From contig OZ320315.1 in assembly GCA_976226885.1 (NCBI GenBank), positions 73,346,001 through 73,410,000 on the forward strand: a DNA stretch of 64,000 bases, in the 5' to 3' direction. The notes beneath the pieces were generated by a model, which made no database searches, had not been told where the DNA came from, and worked only from the letters and a program-made list of their open reading frames with translations. Made by a program: the position numbers and the translations under genes. The stretch is from Iphione sp. A-MEVVRFRX5. Lineage: Eukaryota. Below, in pieces: positions 23,736-35,070 of this stretch (positions are counted from its first letter, which is position 1; each line of letters starts with the position of its first letter).

Positions 23736-26700
23736 TGCATTTACTGACCAGTCAGCCTCCCTCAACATACAATATGTAAATGCATCCACATGAACACATG
23801 CAAAGGGGAACGAATACACACTGCAAATGTGCACTGGTGTACATGCACATATGCAAGCATGTGCACACATTCATATGTGCACACACATGTATGTAACAAA
23901 ACATGTACAGGCACAAACGTGTGCAAACCAAGCACAAAGAAGTAGCAGCTGCAGGCAGTATGTGTAGCTTCCTAGGCCCTCCTTGATATGTCTGGTCCTA
24001 GTACCTAAGATCAGTTGAAAATGAATTAGTGCTGGGGTTTGGAAGAAAACAGCCTGCTATTTTTAAGACCATTCCTTTTAATTTCTGCAAACAGATTCTC
24101 TTAAGTCAGTTTCTTAATGATTGCTATTAGTTGGTGATTCTTAAACTGAAGGTTATAACAGAGTTGTGTCATTTTGAATAGATGCAGTGCTATAATGTCA
24201 AGTGATCAGATAAAAGTGGTGAAGTCAAGCTTATGGTCAGAAAGAGAAAAGGTTTGCATTAAGACCGGACATGTCTCTATGTAAATGGATTTACACTGGT
24301 ACCAATTGGGTTGCCAGTTGAAATAAAATTGCAATGTATTTGGAATAGGAGAATTAGTGTTATTATAACAATCACTAAGAGCTTAAAATCTGTTTTTAAG
24401 GGGAATATCGATTACTTCAGACCTCACATCCAGCGTCGAGGCAAGCAGACCATGCACTCCCAGGATCTATGGCCAGGGGTACTCATGGTCCCATATTCTC
24501 TTGTGTCGTTAGTTGAGCTCTGTAACCTCTTGGAATGACGCTGTAGTATAGTTGATCCATTTTGCTTGGGTAGATTTCCTTCTTTACAGGAGTATTTTTC
24601 ATCAGTGAATTTCAAGTGACATGTATAGACTTTATGGGTTTAATCATTCCTAAATTAATATCTGTTTGAAAGGTGTTTGACCACAGATATGTAGATATAT
24701 ATATATATATATACTTATATATCTCCCTGGTCAGGATACATCCAAATGCTAGGCTGCCATGTTGAAAAAACAGTAAGATTGCTGGATAGCACTGATTAAC
24801 TAATCTAGAGCTTTTCGATCAGGCAGGTTCAAACCTGTGCCTTGGACACTTGATCATATCCAGAATTACTGTAGTCTTATCTGACTACAGTAAGACCTGT
24901 AGTATAATTAGACCTCCTAAGTAGGGAGTGTTGGATCCGAGTTTTGGACCGATGCCATTCAGATCTTGTTATAGTTGATTCGCTCATTTTGTTTCTATCC
25001 CGTCCGTTTATAATATCATCATAGAATATAGTATCTGCACCGTTGACCTTTTTGGAAGATCGCTTACGAGTATTGGTATCTCTGTTAACTGATTCTGGGG
25101 AACGTCGTGAGAGGTACAGGTTTCTAGCTTCGATTTTCGAAGGTTTTCAATAGACTCTCTTCTGCACTTTGGGAACTGTATGTACGTATCTGTTTCCTGT
25201 CATTATAGTTACCTTTATAAACTAGGATCACAGCACGTGGTCTTAGGCCAGAGTACTACATAAAAGCTTACTTTGGACCCCAATTAGAAACTGTTTACTT
25301 CGGTCTAAAGGATAAAATTTCTGTTTAATTCCTAGGCTCAATATGTACTCACATTTTTACTATCAGGACATTTTCTTTGTACACTTGGTCTGTCCAAATA
25401 TTCATATAGAAAGTCCAATTGCTGACAATTATATGCTGGCATTCACAAAATTTAAAATAAGATTGAAACATTTTTTTACTTTTTATTGGTGTATATAATA
25501 ATGTAATATTAATGTCGAACTCTCAATCACTGCATCATTATGTGTAACTATATGATTGCAATTCTCATACAACTACAGAAGATTTGATCTCTAAATGATA
25601 GACATGCCATGCCTGGGCGAGTCCTGGGTAAGAGATCGAAGAGACAACATTTAACCTGTTACGGCAATACTGGTCGCCTGTCAACAAAGCTTGGGGTGAT
25701 GGCTGTAGATAATAGAAATGAATTACATGTTATTAAGGAATGTGTCAGAAATTAGAAGCTCAGAATGAATGCAGTAAGTTTGAGTGAAATATAGAGGCCG
25801 CTATTTGTTATCGTCTACAGATCGCAAACAAAGCAAATCAATAACCTCCTTAGTCTGATGAGGAACTCCATGAGGAAACTGAAACAAAACACTCAGGGAA
25901 TAGCTTCCAGATGCAAAGCTCAAAGCTCTCTTTTATGTAGACCTGAAGAAATTGTAGCAAGAGAAAGCTGTCTATTAAATGATATTAATAGTAGTAATAC
26001 CTGATTGCAAATATCTATGCAAAGAACTATTCGCGACTAAGAATATATGTGGGGTATCTTTGCATGCCCAATTGTACGTCCCTTCTGTATAAATAGCGGT
26101 GTGAAGGTTCACTAGTGTCTTTGCTGCCGTGAAAAAACGTTTCCTTTTAAATGAAATTGTCGTTTGGATTCCCGAAGCAGGCCCGGCCGAGCACAGCGTA
26201 GTTAAACAAGCAGTCGGAAGGCTACAACGTACCATTGTTTCATCATAGTGACGTGCTAGGAATAGAAATGTTTAAAATTAAACCGATAAAATTGCGTGTC
26301 ATGGAATAATGGCATTATAATAAATGAAACCGCTCCTGTCCCCATAAAGCCTGGTCCAAAACGTACGTAATAGCTTACACGTTCGAAAAATGATTCTATC
26401 ATGGCGATAGGTTTGCTACCAACAATACACCCGACCTCCTGCATTTGATTCATATCCATTTTTGTCACTAATCTTAATTGTTGAGTGGCTCACATTACCT
26501 TTCGTAACATTCTCATATCAGGCTTCTTTTAGAGAATCGTTGCACAAGGCGGTGATATACTATACAGGTCGCTTTATCAACCTCGCAATCAAGCAAAACG
26601 CCCTCTCTCAAGTAAAGGTCCCTGATCACCACTTTTCTTAGTTGCGCTGCCCAATACATCACTGTTAATTGCCAGATGGTCTGATTATATCTGCCAATTG

Positions 26701-29315
26701 TGGTCACGCTGCAGCGCCAATTTCAGCTCGTTCTATTGCAGTTAAGCCTATAATGCTTGTTGAACTACTGTCAACTCCTAACCTATCGGCCTGCCCCAAT
26801 CCGGGGACCATTAGTCATTTCACAATGACTGACCTATAGTCCCAAGCATACAGTCCAGCAGGAAAATATTTCCGCTTCCTGCCAAGAGCGGGAAAGGACC
26901 CTGTGTGGGCGGGCTGAGACTCTCCACCGACGCCTGAACTTCCGGTCCTTGCACTCAATGTCGCTCAATGTCCTAACACATGCCTACTGAGGGGCGGTTA
27001 GTTATAAAATTGCATGAGTATGGTCGACTGCTAAGAGTAGGCTGACATGTGCATATGTATGTGGTCTTGGGACATGTTTGCACAAATTACTACTGGCCTG
27101 GAGTTAACACAGGCGGGAGCACTCATCAAAACCTTTCGAAGAGCAGTCCGTTCCATCATGCAGAGATTCAGTAAACGTCTCTTTAAGTTTGATATATTCA
27201 CTTTTATTTGTAAGCAACCTTTTTTACTTTAATGAATTTGAGTGCATCATTCTGTTTGTAAATAATATGACAGAATCTAATTTGTATTGAACGAAGGAAA
27301 TTTGTAAGCACTATCAAAGAACTCACTTGTTTTGTTTAGTATTTCTCATTATGAATGGGGTAAACGTCAAATAGCCGCATTTTCGAAATATGTTCGATAA
27401 TAACTCCAAATTGCAGGAAACATGAGTCATTTAATATGCACCGAGGCGATTGCATAGGGTGCTTTTTAAGAAGGCATTTGCAAGCATGACCCGAATTATA
27501 GCTTCTTTACCTCAACATTTATAACATCTGTTTTGATAGCCAGATCATTATAAACACTTATGGCCTTCCACCGTTTCAAAATTTAGCTGGCTCTCCTTCT
27601 CTATGAAAATAATGGTTACTGGAAGTTGACCTATCACTAGGAGACTTGGCCATGAATTTGATTGCTCTCTTCACAAAAGCCTTGATATATCTCCTAGTTG
27701 CAGATGAATTTCCACCAGTCAGTTATGACCTGCAGCTAAGAAATGCATAATTAGAACCAGTAATCAAAAACAAGTGAAACATGACCAAGCCTCCTGGTGA
27801 TAGGTTAGTTGTGGAAAGGAATCGTATTCAATATACAGTTATCTACATCATCCGCCGCTCCATCCCCTACTTCATTCTCCTCCCCCTCATCTTCCCCCTC
27901 CTACATTACATGTACATGTCATGTATCAGCCAAAAAAGACAAAAGGTACATATTGCGCATGTCCTTAAAACAGCTTTTTCACCAGTTTCTATCTCCGACA
28001 CAAAGGAATCAAGATGATAAAAAGTGTTCCTTTGTGTGAAAATTCTTTGTCAGACCACACGGGAATAATGTTGAAATGGTTTATTCACGATGCTCTACTT
28101 ATTTTATATAAATAAATTGCCCTGATGGTATATGAAAAACTTCACTGATCAGATAAGAGATTAAAACAATATGGTAGTTTTTAGAAATGTACAATTACGT
28201 TTAACTCAGAAAACGGAATTTATTCCCCCTAATGGTCAGATTAATGCCTCTTGGGAATTTTTTTAAAATTTGGTTTAATATACTTTCACCAGCCTGCTGT
28301 TTTGACAGAAATTCAATCGTTTTCAAACAGATGTATAAATATATATTCCATAGGAAGCATGCGACCACAACATGCATGTGGTTCATAGAATTATCATATA
28401 TTAACTGTTGTGCTTTAAGACGGAGATTGACGGTTAAAGAAAGGGATCTTTTACCTGTAATGATATGTATTACGTACGTTAGGTACATCTATACTCTGTG
28501 GTCATCTGTATTCAGTGTCATGATTTTTCCCTTTCTCTCTCACAACGTACATTAATCATCAATGACATCCTGATCTCCGTGTGCTGATCTAGATTGTCAA
28601 TACATCCCCACCAGTGCAGAGGAAGAAGTAATCACAGTCTCCTGGGCGTGCCTTTCGTCCAGGTTAAACGGAATCCCAGCCCTGATGAGTCGTTAGTGTG
28701 CCCCTCACCGTCATCTAATCTCAGCGCCTCTTGGTAGGCGCCACTACAGTGCCCGTCACAACTGGCACCGAGATGTTTGTAGATGCGACACCTCCTCGGC
28801 CAGCCTGACTGACCTTTTTTGTTGATTGATTTTCCCATCTTTGTGTCTGTGTACTCCCTTGCAGCGTGGTTCAACTGCCTACCCGACCGACACATATTAA
28901 ACGGGACGGATCGTCCTGGGCTGAGAACGCACTGGAGAGGCAAACGCTGACCCAAGTCCTTTAAGACAACACAACGTGTAACTACGGCCAGTACTGTAAA
29001 GTGAAAATATTCTCTGGTAGAAAAGTGCAAAGGCTTCGAGCATGTGTGGGGCGTTCTGCTATATTCTCACACAGAATGAATCAGAGTGAAAGAGTTTATC
29101 CTGGAATGTTCACTTACATATGGATGCAAAATTCTGTTATGTATGCACGTATATATATATACGTGTACGTTTACAATCTTGATTAATGATACATTGTATT
29201 TGACATTATGGACATAGATTTCCGATGAACACCTTCCGAATTCCTGCAACTACTACACTCTGCAACTTGGTGTTTCGCGTTCCTCAGCTTCTGTGCATTC
29301 AACACTGAAATTTAA

Positions 29316-29329
29316 CCCTATCCAGACCG
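29316..29329 (+). repeat. piggyBac left TIR
   Basis: CCCTATCCAGACCG, the exact reverse complement of 34061..34074. Confidence 0.95.
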
Positions 29330-29550
29330 CGCCTATTCAAATCGATCACCGGTGATCGATGACTTTCAGGTACAGAATAAAGGCATTAAAACCGATTGTC
29401 ATTGTGTTTTTTGCATGCATATGAATAAAAGCATGTCTGAAATTGTTTATTATTGGAAATAAAGTTAGATTTGAAATTTATTTATGTAAAAAACAAATAA
29501 ATTTATGCGATTGAGTGCGTTATTGCAAAGCGCCTCACTCGGGCGTCAAA

Positions 29551-32456
29551 ATGGCTCGCATGGAGACCCGGGCAGCCGCTAAGGCTAGGGAATTATTTGA
29601 ACGTGGTATAAGAACAAAAGACATTGATGATGCTTTAGGCCCAGGATTATCACCAGAAGTTGAAGATGCTTTGAATAGGCAATTGTTAGGGGAAAGTTCC
29701 GATGAAGAATGCATGGAAAGCTCTTCTGAAGATGGAGACCCTGGAGGAACCAGTACTGGATCTCAACCAGTGAGGTAGGTTGTTTTGTATGTGATCGTAA
29801 TTAATCATTGTTTCCCTTATAATGAAAACATCTAAATGAAACCTGAATATGCCCTTTGAATGTCAAAGTCCTACTATACACATATGTAATATGTAAAATT
29901 CTGTTATTTAATGGATTGTCTTAAGTCCAGACAAAGATTTATGTGAGGGCGCCCAAAAAAAATTACGGTCGGAGCGGGACTCGAACCAGGGTCCGGCACG
30001 CTAAAAGCGAAGACTCTACCACTAGACCACCTATGTTCAACATATGGATAGGATGCCCACCTGCATATCTAATATTGTTTTTTTATTGTAGAATGTAGCA
30101 TTTCAACTCTGTAATGTTATTAAATGTATATTTTGGTAAATTGAATTGCAGGAATCGGTCGTACTATGATGCAGATGTGAAGAAAAAAAAAATTCCATTC
30201 AAGCCTGCTCGTGTGCCTGGTCCACAGGTGGCAGAACGAATTACCAGACAAGGAATACTGCAGTTTACTAAAGAAATCGACTTTTTTAAACTGTTCTTCA
30301 CCATGGAATTTGTGGCTGTATGTATTCTGTTCCATTCAGTGCTTCTTTATGGTCATGCAATTGAACACCATTGAATGCTATAATTTGATATTGCTCTCCA
30401 TGTATTGTAATTCTGTCCTTCCAGGAGATTTGTGAATACACCAATATCTACGCTGCCCTGCATATCCTGGAGAAGCCCTCCTATGCTAAGTCTGCAGATG
30501 GCTCTTGGACTGAGGCTACGGTAGATGAAATGTACATGCTGATTGCACTCTTGCTTTACATGGGCTTCAAACCTCTGATTGATATTCCACGGTACTGGTC
30601 TGATGCGACGATGTACTCCGGTGGATGGGCACGCAGGTTCCTTTCAAGGAACAGGTATGTTGAAGTGTACAATGTACACCTCAGTGCTATGTACATTTTT
30701 GGTTTGACAGTAAGTAATATTTATATAATTTAATATTGTCGACACAAAAAAATAATGTATGGTGAATTATTTTTTGTGCAGATTCAAGGCAATTTTGGCG
30801 ATGCTGCATGTGTGTCATCCTGACAGAGAATGTGATACAGACAAGTTGACTAAAGTACGTGGTGCCCTTCAACATATCAAAGCATCCTGCAAGTCTCTCT
30901 ATCAGCCTGATAAACATATTGCCATTGACGAGAGAATGGTTCCATCAAAGAGTCGGTCGCCAATTACTCAGTACATGCCCAGCAAGCCTTCACGCTTCGG
31001 CTTCAAATTATGGTGTCTATGTGACTCTGTCACAGGATACACAGTAGATTTCAGGTGGGTAGCTTAGAATTAGACAATCACAGAAATATTTAAAAAAAAA
31101 AGCCTGGTAGTGTACACCATAAATTAACGTCAGTGAAACATACAATTATTTTCCTTAGGTTGTACTAAGAATTTACTTTGACACATTCCCATTTCAGTGT
31201 ATACACAGGGAGGCGTGAAAGGCCAAGTAAACTTGGGCTTGGATACGATGTTGTTACTGATTTGACAGAAGGCTTTCACAACCAAGGTTACAACGTATAC
31301 TTTGACAATTTCTTCACGTCCATGGATTTACTGAAGGATCTTCACACAAAAGGCACATTTGCTTGTGGAACGATGAAGAAAAGCAGACGTGGATTCCCCC
31401 AGGTTGGAAAGACGTTATATTATTTGAGAGTTTTCTTTTTTCTAAGTGTCATCTATTAAATGCAAATTCAACTATATCGTGAAAATTACAGTGAATTTCT
31501 AAGTATGTGCCCAATACTTATGTATTATATGATTGGCTTGTTTTGTTGCCATTGCAGGAACTGAAAGATGATAAATGGGAAAAGAAATCCCAGAAAGGCA
31601 GTATGCGATATGCTAGGCGTGGTGAAGTCCTATGTGTGGAATGGAAAGACTCCAAATCTGTGCGTTTGGCTACTACCTTACATAGTGCCAATGACTACAC
31701 GATGGTCAAGAGGAACAAGACAATAAAAGGGGATTACAGGCAAGTGTTGGTGAGGCAGCCCATGGCCATCCACCACTACAACCAATACATGGGTGGTGTC
31801 GATGTTTCGGACCAGCTCATTAACTCGTACAACATTCTGATGAAGTCAACAAAATGGTGGCGCACTCTCTTCCTTCATTTCGTGGATATAGCTGTTGTGA
31901 ACAGCTACATTATCTTCATGAAGTGGCGCACGCTACACCCTGAGGTGGCTGATCTACGAAGATGTTCAGGTAATATACATTACAGGCAACATAAGTCATC
32001 ATGTACTTTCTTTTCCTTAGGTGACGATTGTATAGATTCATGAAAACATTGAGTTTATGCTTAGGTGGTATTTCTTGGGGGAAACAAAAAACTATTATGC
32101 ACATGCCTAAACATATTTAATCTAACTTGTGTCACATAGGGTACGCCCAGATTCACTTCAGGGAGGAGTTGGCCCGCCAACTGGCTGGTATTGAAGATGA
32201 CGAGGAGTGCCCCTTGTACCATCCAGGCTGCATGAGGAGGTATTCGTCCAAGTTCATCGGACTGCACATTCCACAGTTCAAGAAGATCCGCAAGAACTGT
32301 AAAGTCTGCTATGCTAAAAAGAAAGTTGAACATAAAACACCATGGTATTGTGAAAGCCCACAGTGTGGGGTTTATTTGTGTATGTGCAGAGCAAGGAATT
32401 GCTTCAACACCTGGCACTCTTCTTCCTTTGACAGGTTAAGAGCTCTATGCAACTGA
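29551..32456 (+). CDS. piggyBac transposase, 7 exons, 608 aa by my splice model
   Basis: Exons 29551-29774, 30152-30317, 30425-30654, 30782-31054, 31198-31402, 31558-31969 and 32140-32456. All introns GT-AG, phases compatible, 1827 nt, no internal stop found. DDD motifs AIDERMV, YFDNFFTS, MGGVDVSDQ; C-terminal CRD NCKVC...CESPQCGVYLC...NCFNTWH. Confidence 0.9.
29955..30032 (-). other. tRNA-derived sequence (SINE head or tRNA pseudogene) in transposase intron 1
   Basis: A box TGGTCTAGTGG (30019..30029), B box GGTTCGAGTCC (29977..29987), followed by an oligo-T run. The acceptor stem does not pair. Confidence 0.7.
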
Positions 32457-32490
32457 AATTGTTGAGATGGTACCAGATGTCCACACTGAT

Positions 32491-33425
32491 CTACTTCATG
32501 GGAGGGTAAGGGCATGCAGCCAGGTCATACAGCGTGACAGCATATGTCTGGAAGACATAAAGTGATAAATGTTTGTATAAGAAATAAAGTAATATGTATC
32601 TGGACAATGAAGCACACACAAGATTTTGTCACTGATTATTTCTATTTTCAGAGTTATTGGGCAAAAATTTGTATCATTTGTTCATTTTCTCAGATGCAGC
32701 TCTCTTACCCCACGCTTCTTTTCGTACTGGGCATCGTACCCAGCATCTTCATCATCAGAGAATCTTTCCCTGATAGCAAGTCGAAGAGGCAATGGATACA
32801 CAAAGGTCTTTGCAGTCGTTGCCAGTCTAGCCCCAAACTGTAATGGAAATCCAATACTTGGATTAGTCATAATTTGTAGTCTATAATATTTAAATTCAAC
32901 AGTGGATATCTCTCATGGGAATAAGAGAAAAACGGACATATTATCATTTCACACAATCCTTCCAGTGAAAGCATACCGAGATATACATCTAGGATTCCAG
33001 ATATACTAACCTTGAGAGCAGCCCAAATACGTTTGTAGACATATTTTCTACTCTTCCCCTTTTCGATCAAATTAATCAGGCCAGGTGGTATAATTAACCT
33101 TTAAGGATAAATAAAATAAATGTAAATTAATTCAGATACATCATAGATTGGGCAAAGCCATTTCAGTAAAGGTTCAGTTAAATTATTCTACCCCTATGCC
33201 CATTGCGGTAATGCCGTGTCACCCATGCGGCCACTCGCTACGAGTTGACGTCATGTACCGGCAATGAAAATCTGTGTATATTAATATAATTTCAATCGCA
33301 ACTCTCGTAGCAGACATGAATAAATGATCTATAAATATTGTATTTGTACCTACCCAGCTTCAAGGAATGCTGCTCTCAAAGATTCCATCACTTTTTCAAG
33401 AAATAAGCAGGAGCACGTGTTGTAC
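32491..33425 (-). CDS. Probable second, spliced, convergent gene inside the piggyBac (5' end not resolved)
   Basis: Phase-compatible GT-AG exons 33425-33354, 33098-33011, 32837-32709 and 32547-32491 give YNTCSCLFLEKVMESLRAAFLEAGLIIPPGLINLIEKGKSRKYVYKRIWAALKFGARLATTAKTFVYPLPLRLAIRERFSDDEDAGYDAQYEKKRGTYAVTLYDLAACPYPPMK*. Donors GTAGGT, GTTAGT, GTAAGA. Confidence 0.55.
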
Positions 33426-34060
33426 CTAGGTTGTCGTATCGTCAGGAATGACGTAAACAAATTTACGTCGAGTAAACAGAGTTCTCATGTAATACAAATT
33501 AGATATTTTTAATGTTAGGCACCTCCTGAATATTACATGGCAAAAACCTAATATGCTGACTGGTTCTGTGAAAAAAATATCAATTATTAAGTTCCTATGA
33601 ATGATTTCCTGTAAACCATTGTCATTGACGTTACGCATTTTACGTCACGATGTCATGCGTCAATTTTTTATTCGCAGACATTACCACTTTACAACACTCG
33701 CCCTGTTAACATTTTTTACCATATAGAATTATATGATTGTCCAAAGTGTAGCTTATCCCTTTGTCTACAACTTCTCCGCAGACCATATACTGATAAAAAT
33801 AATATTTTTCAATGTTTTCTGCATTTTTCGATTCACAACGCTTTTTTTTCCATGATTTTTTAATGCTTCCTGCTGCTTTCACATTATATTTTACTTAATC
33901 TAAATGTACAAAAACCACAAAATAAGAAAACAGTACTGTACAATGTACCGATTCCTTGAGAATGATACCCAAAACACTTGCATTTTTTCCAATTTTTTAT
34001 ATTTAATATGGACATTTCACACCAGACATCAAGTCCGCTTCGTATTACGTCGTTACGTCA

Positions 34061-34074
34061 CGGTCTGGATAGGG
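34061..34074 (-). repeat. piggyBac right TIR
   Basis: CGGTCTGGATAGGG followed by TTAA. Confidence 0.95.
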
Positions 34075-34608
34075 TTAAAGAACTACAACGGAGTACGTAA
34101 CCTCACTGGTGAAACCCTCCAACATGCATGAAGTGGTAGGCGCTGTAACCCAGCAGGACGACTGACGTGACAGAGACACTTCTATGACTTATGACATTGT
34201 TTATGACATATTCTATCAGAGTTTGAGTGGGATAAACGTCATGGCGAGAGTTTGGACTAGTACCCTGACCTCTAGGACAGAGTGTCTGCTGTAAAGGTGA
34301 AAAAAGGGTTGTGCCTCTTTGAGCCGTTAACCCTTTAAGGGTGCCGTATGCCTCAAGGCATTTCCGTGTCAATGGTATTATATGAATGAAGACATTCCCT
34401 TGTAGTGGGCGCCATATGACTAGAGGCATTATATTGGGATATTTAATAAATCATTCCAAATAAACAGAAATATTGCAGAATCCAGACTTCATACACAGTT
34501 TCTTTATTGTAAAACCACAATTCATGTTTTTACCACGAAAATACAAGGGTGAGCAGAAACAGTTTCCAAAATAGGAAGATTACATCCTAATGCACCAGAT
34601 TTGCTCAT

Positions 34609-35070
34609 CTAGTTAGGTTGCTCCCCAAACATGTTGCTCTCGATGGCAGATTTGAACTGGCGCTTCTCAGTGATATTGTGCAGATCAACCTGTAGTTTGT
34701 TCCACAACATCAAGCCGTCACAATAGAAAGATCTCTGGACCAGGGCACTTTTGAGCCTCAGCGTTGGTAGTCTTGTGGCCTTGCTTGATCTTGTTTGGCC
34801 GATGCTTGGATGGTCGGGTGACTGTAATGGAACAAAATCATACATGGTTAGGCACAGAAAATACCGAGTCCGTTCGTCCAGAGTGGTCAAACCAAGTTGC
34901 CTCGCCCAGGCCTTACACCATTCATGGGACCAGTCTCCATCTGTCAGACAGGCCTTTAAACTGTGGGCATAACTCCTATCTAGGCATCTTAAATTTGACT
35001 GAGTAGATCCACTCTCAAAAACAAGGCCATAATCAATAACTGACATAATACAAGCCTTGAAGATCAGCAC
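34609..35070 (-). pseudogene. 3' end of a CR1/L2-like LINE ORF2 (post-RT C-terminal region), 5'-truncated
   Basis: IFKACIMSVIDYG...LGLTTLDERTRYFLCLTMY...RSFYCDGLMLWNKL...KRQFKSAI. AATAAA downstream on the minus strand (plus 34503..34508). Confidence 0.8.

Larger units (their letters stand above)
29316..34074 (+). mobile_element. piggyBac DNA transposon, apparently intact
   Basis: TTAA (29312..29315) + CCCTATCCAGACCG ... CGGTCTGGATAGGG + TTAA (34075..34078): perfect 14-bp TIRs and TTAA TSD around a complete transposase. Confidence 0.95.

Noticed and set aside
25855-25880. CTGATGAGG...GAAAC as a hammerhead
   Set aside because: The stem II hairpin (GGAACTCC) is separated from GAAA by five unpaired bases and no stem I is evident. 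A similar candidate at about 59307 lacks GAAA.
29964-30036. Functional tRNA gene
   Set aside because: The acceptor stem does not pair and the anticodon arm is irregular, so it is kept only as tRNA-derived sequence.
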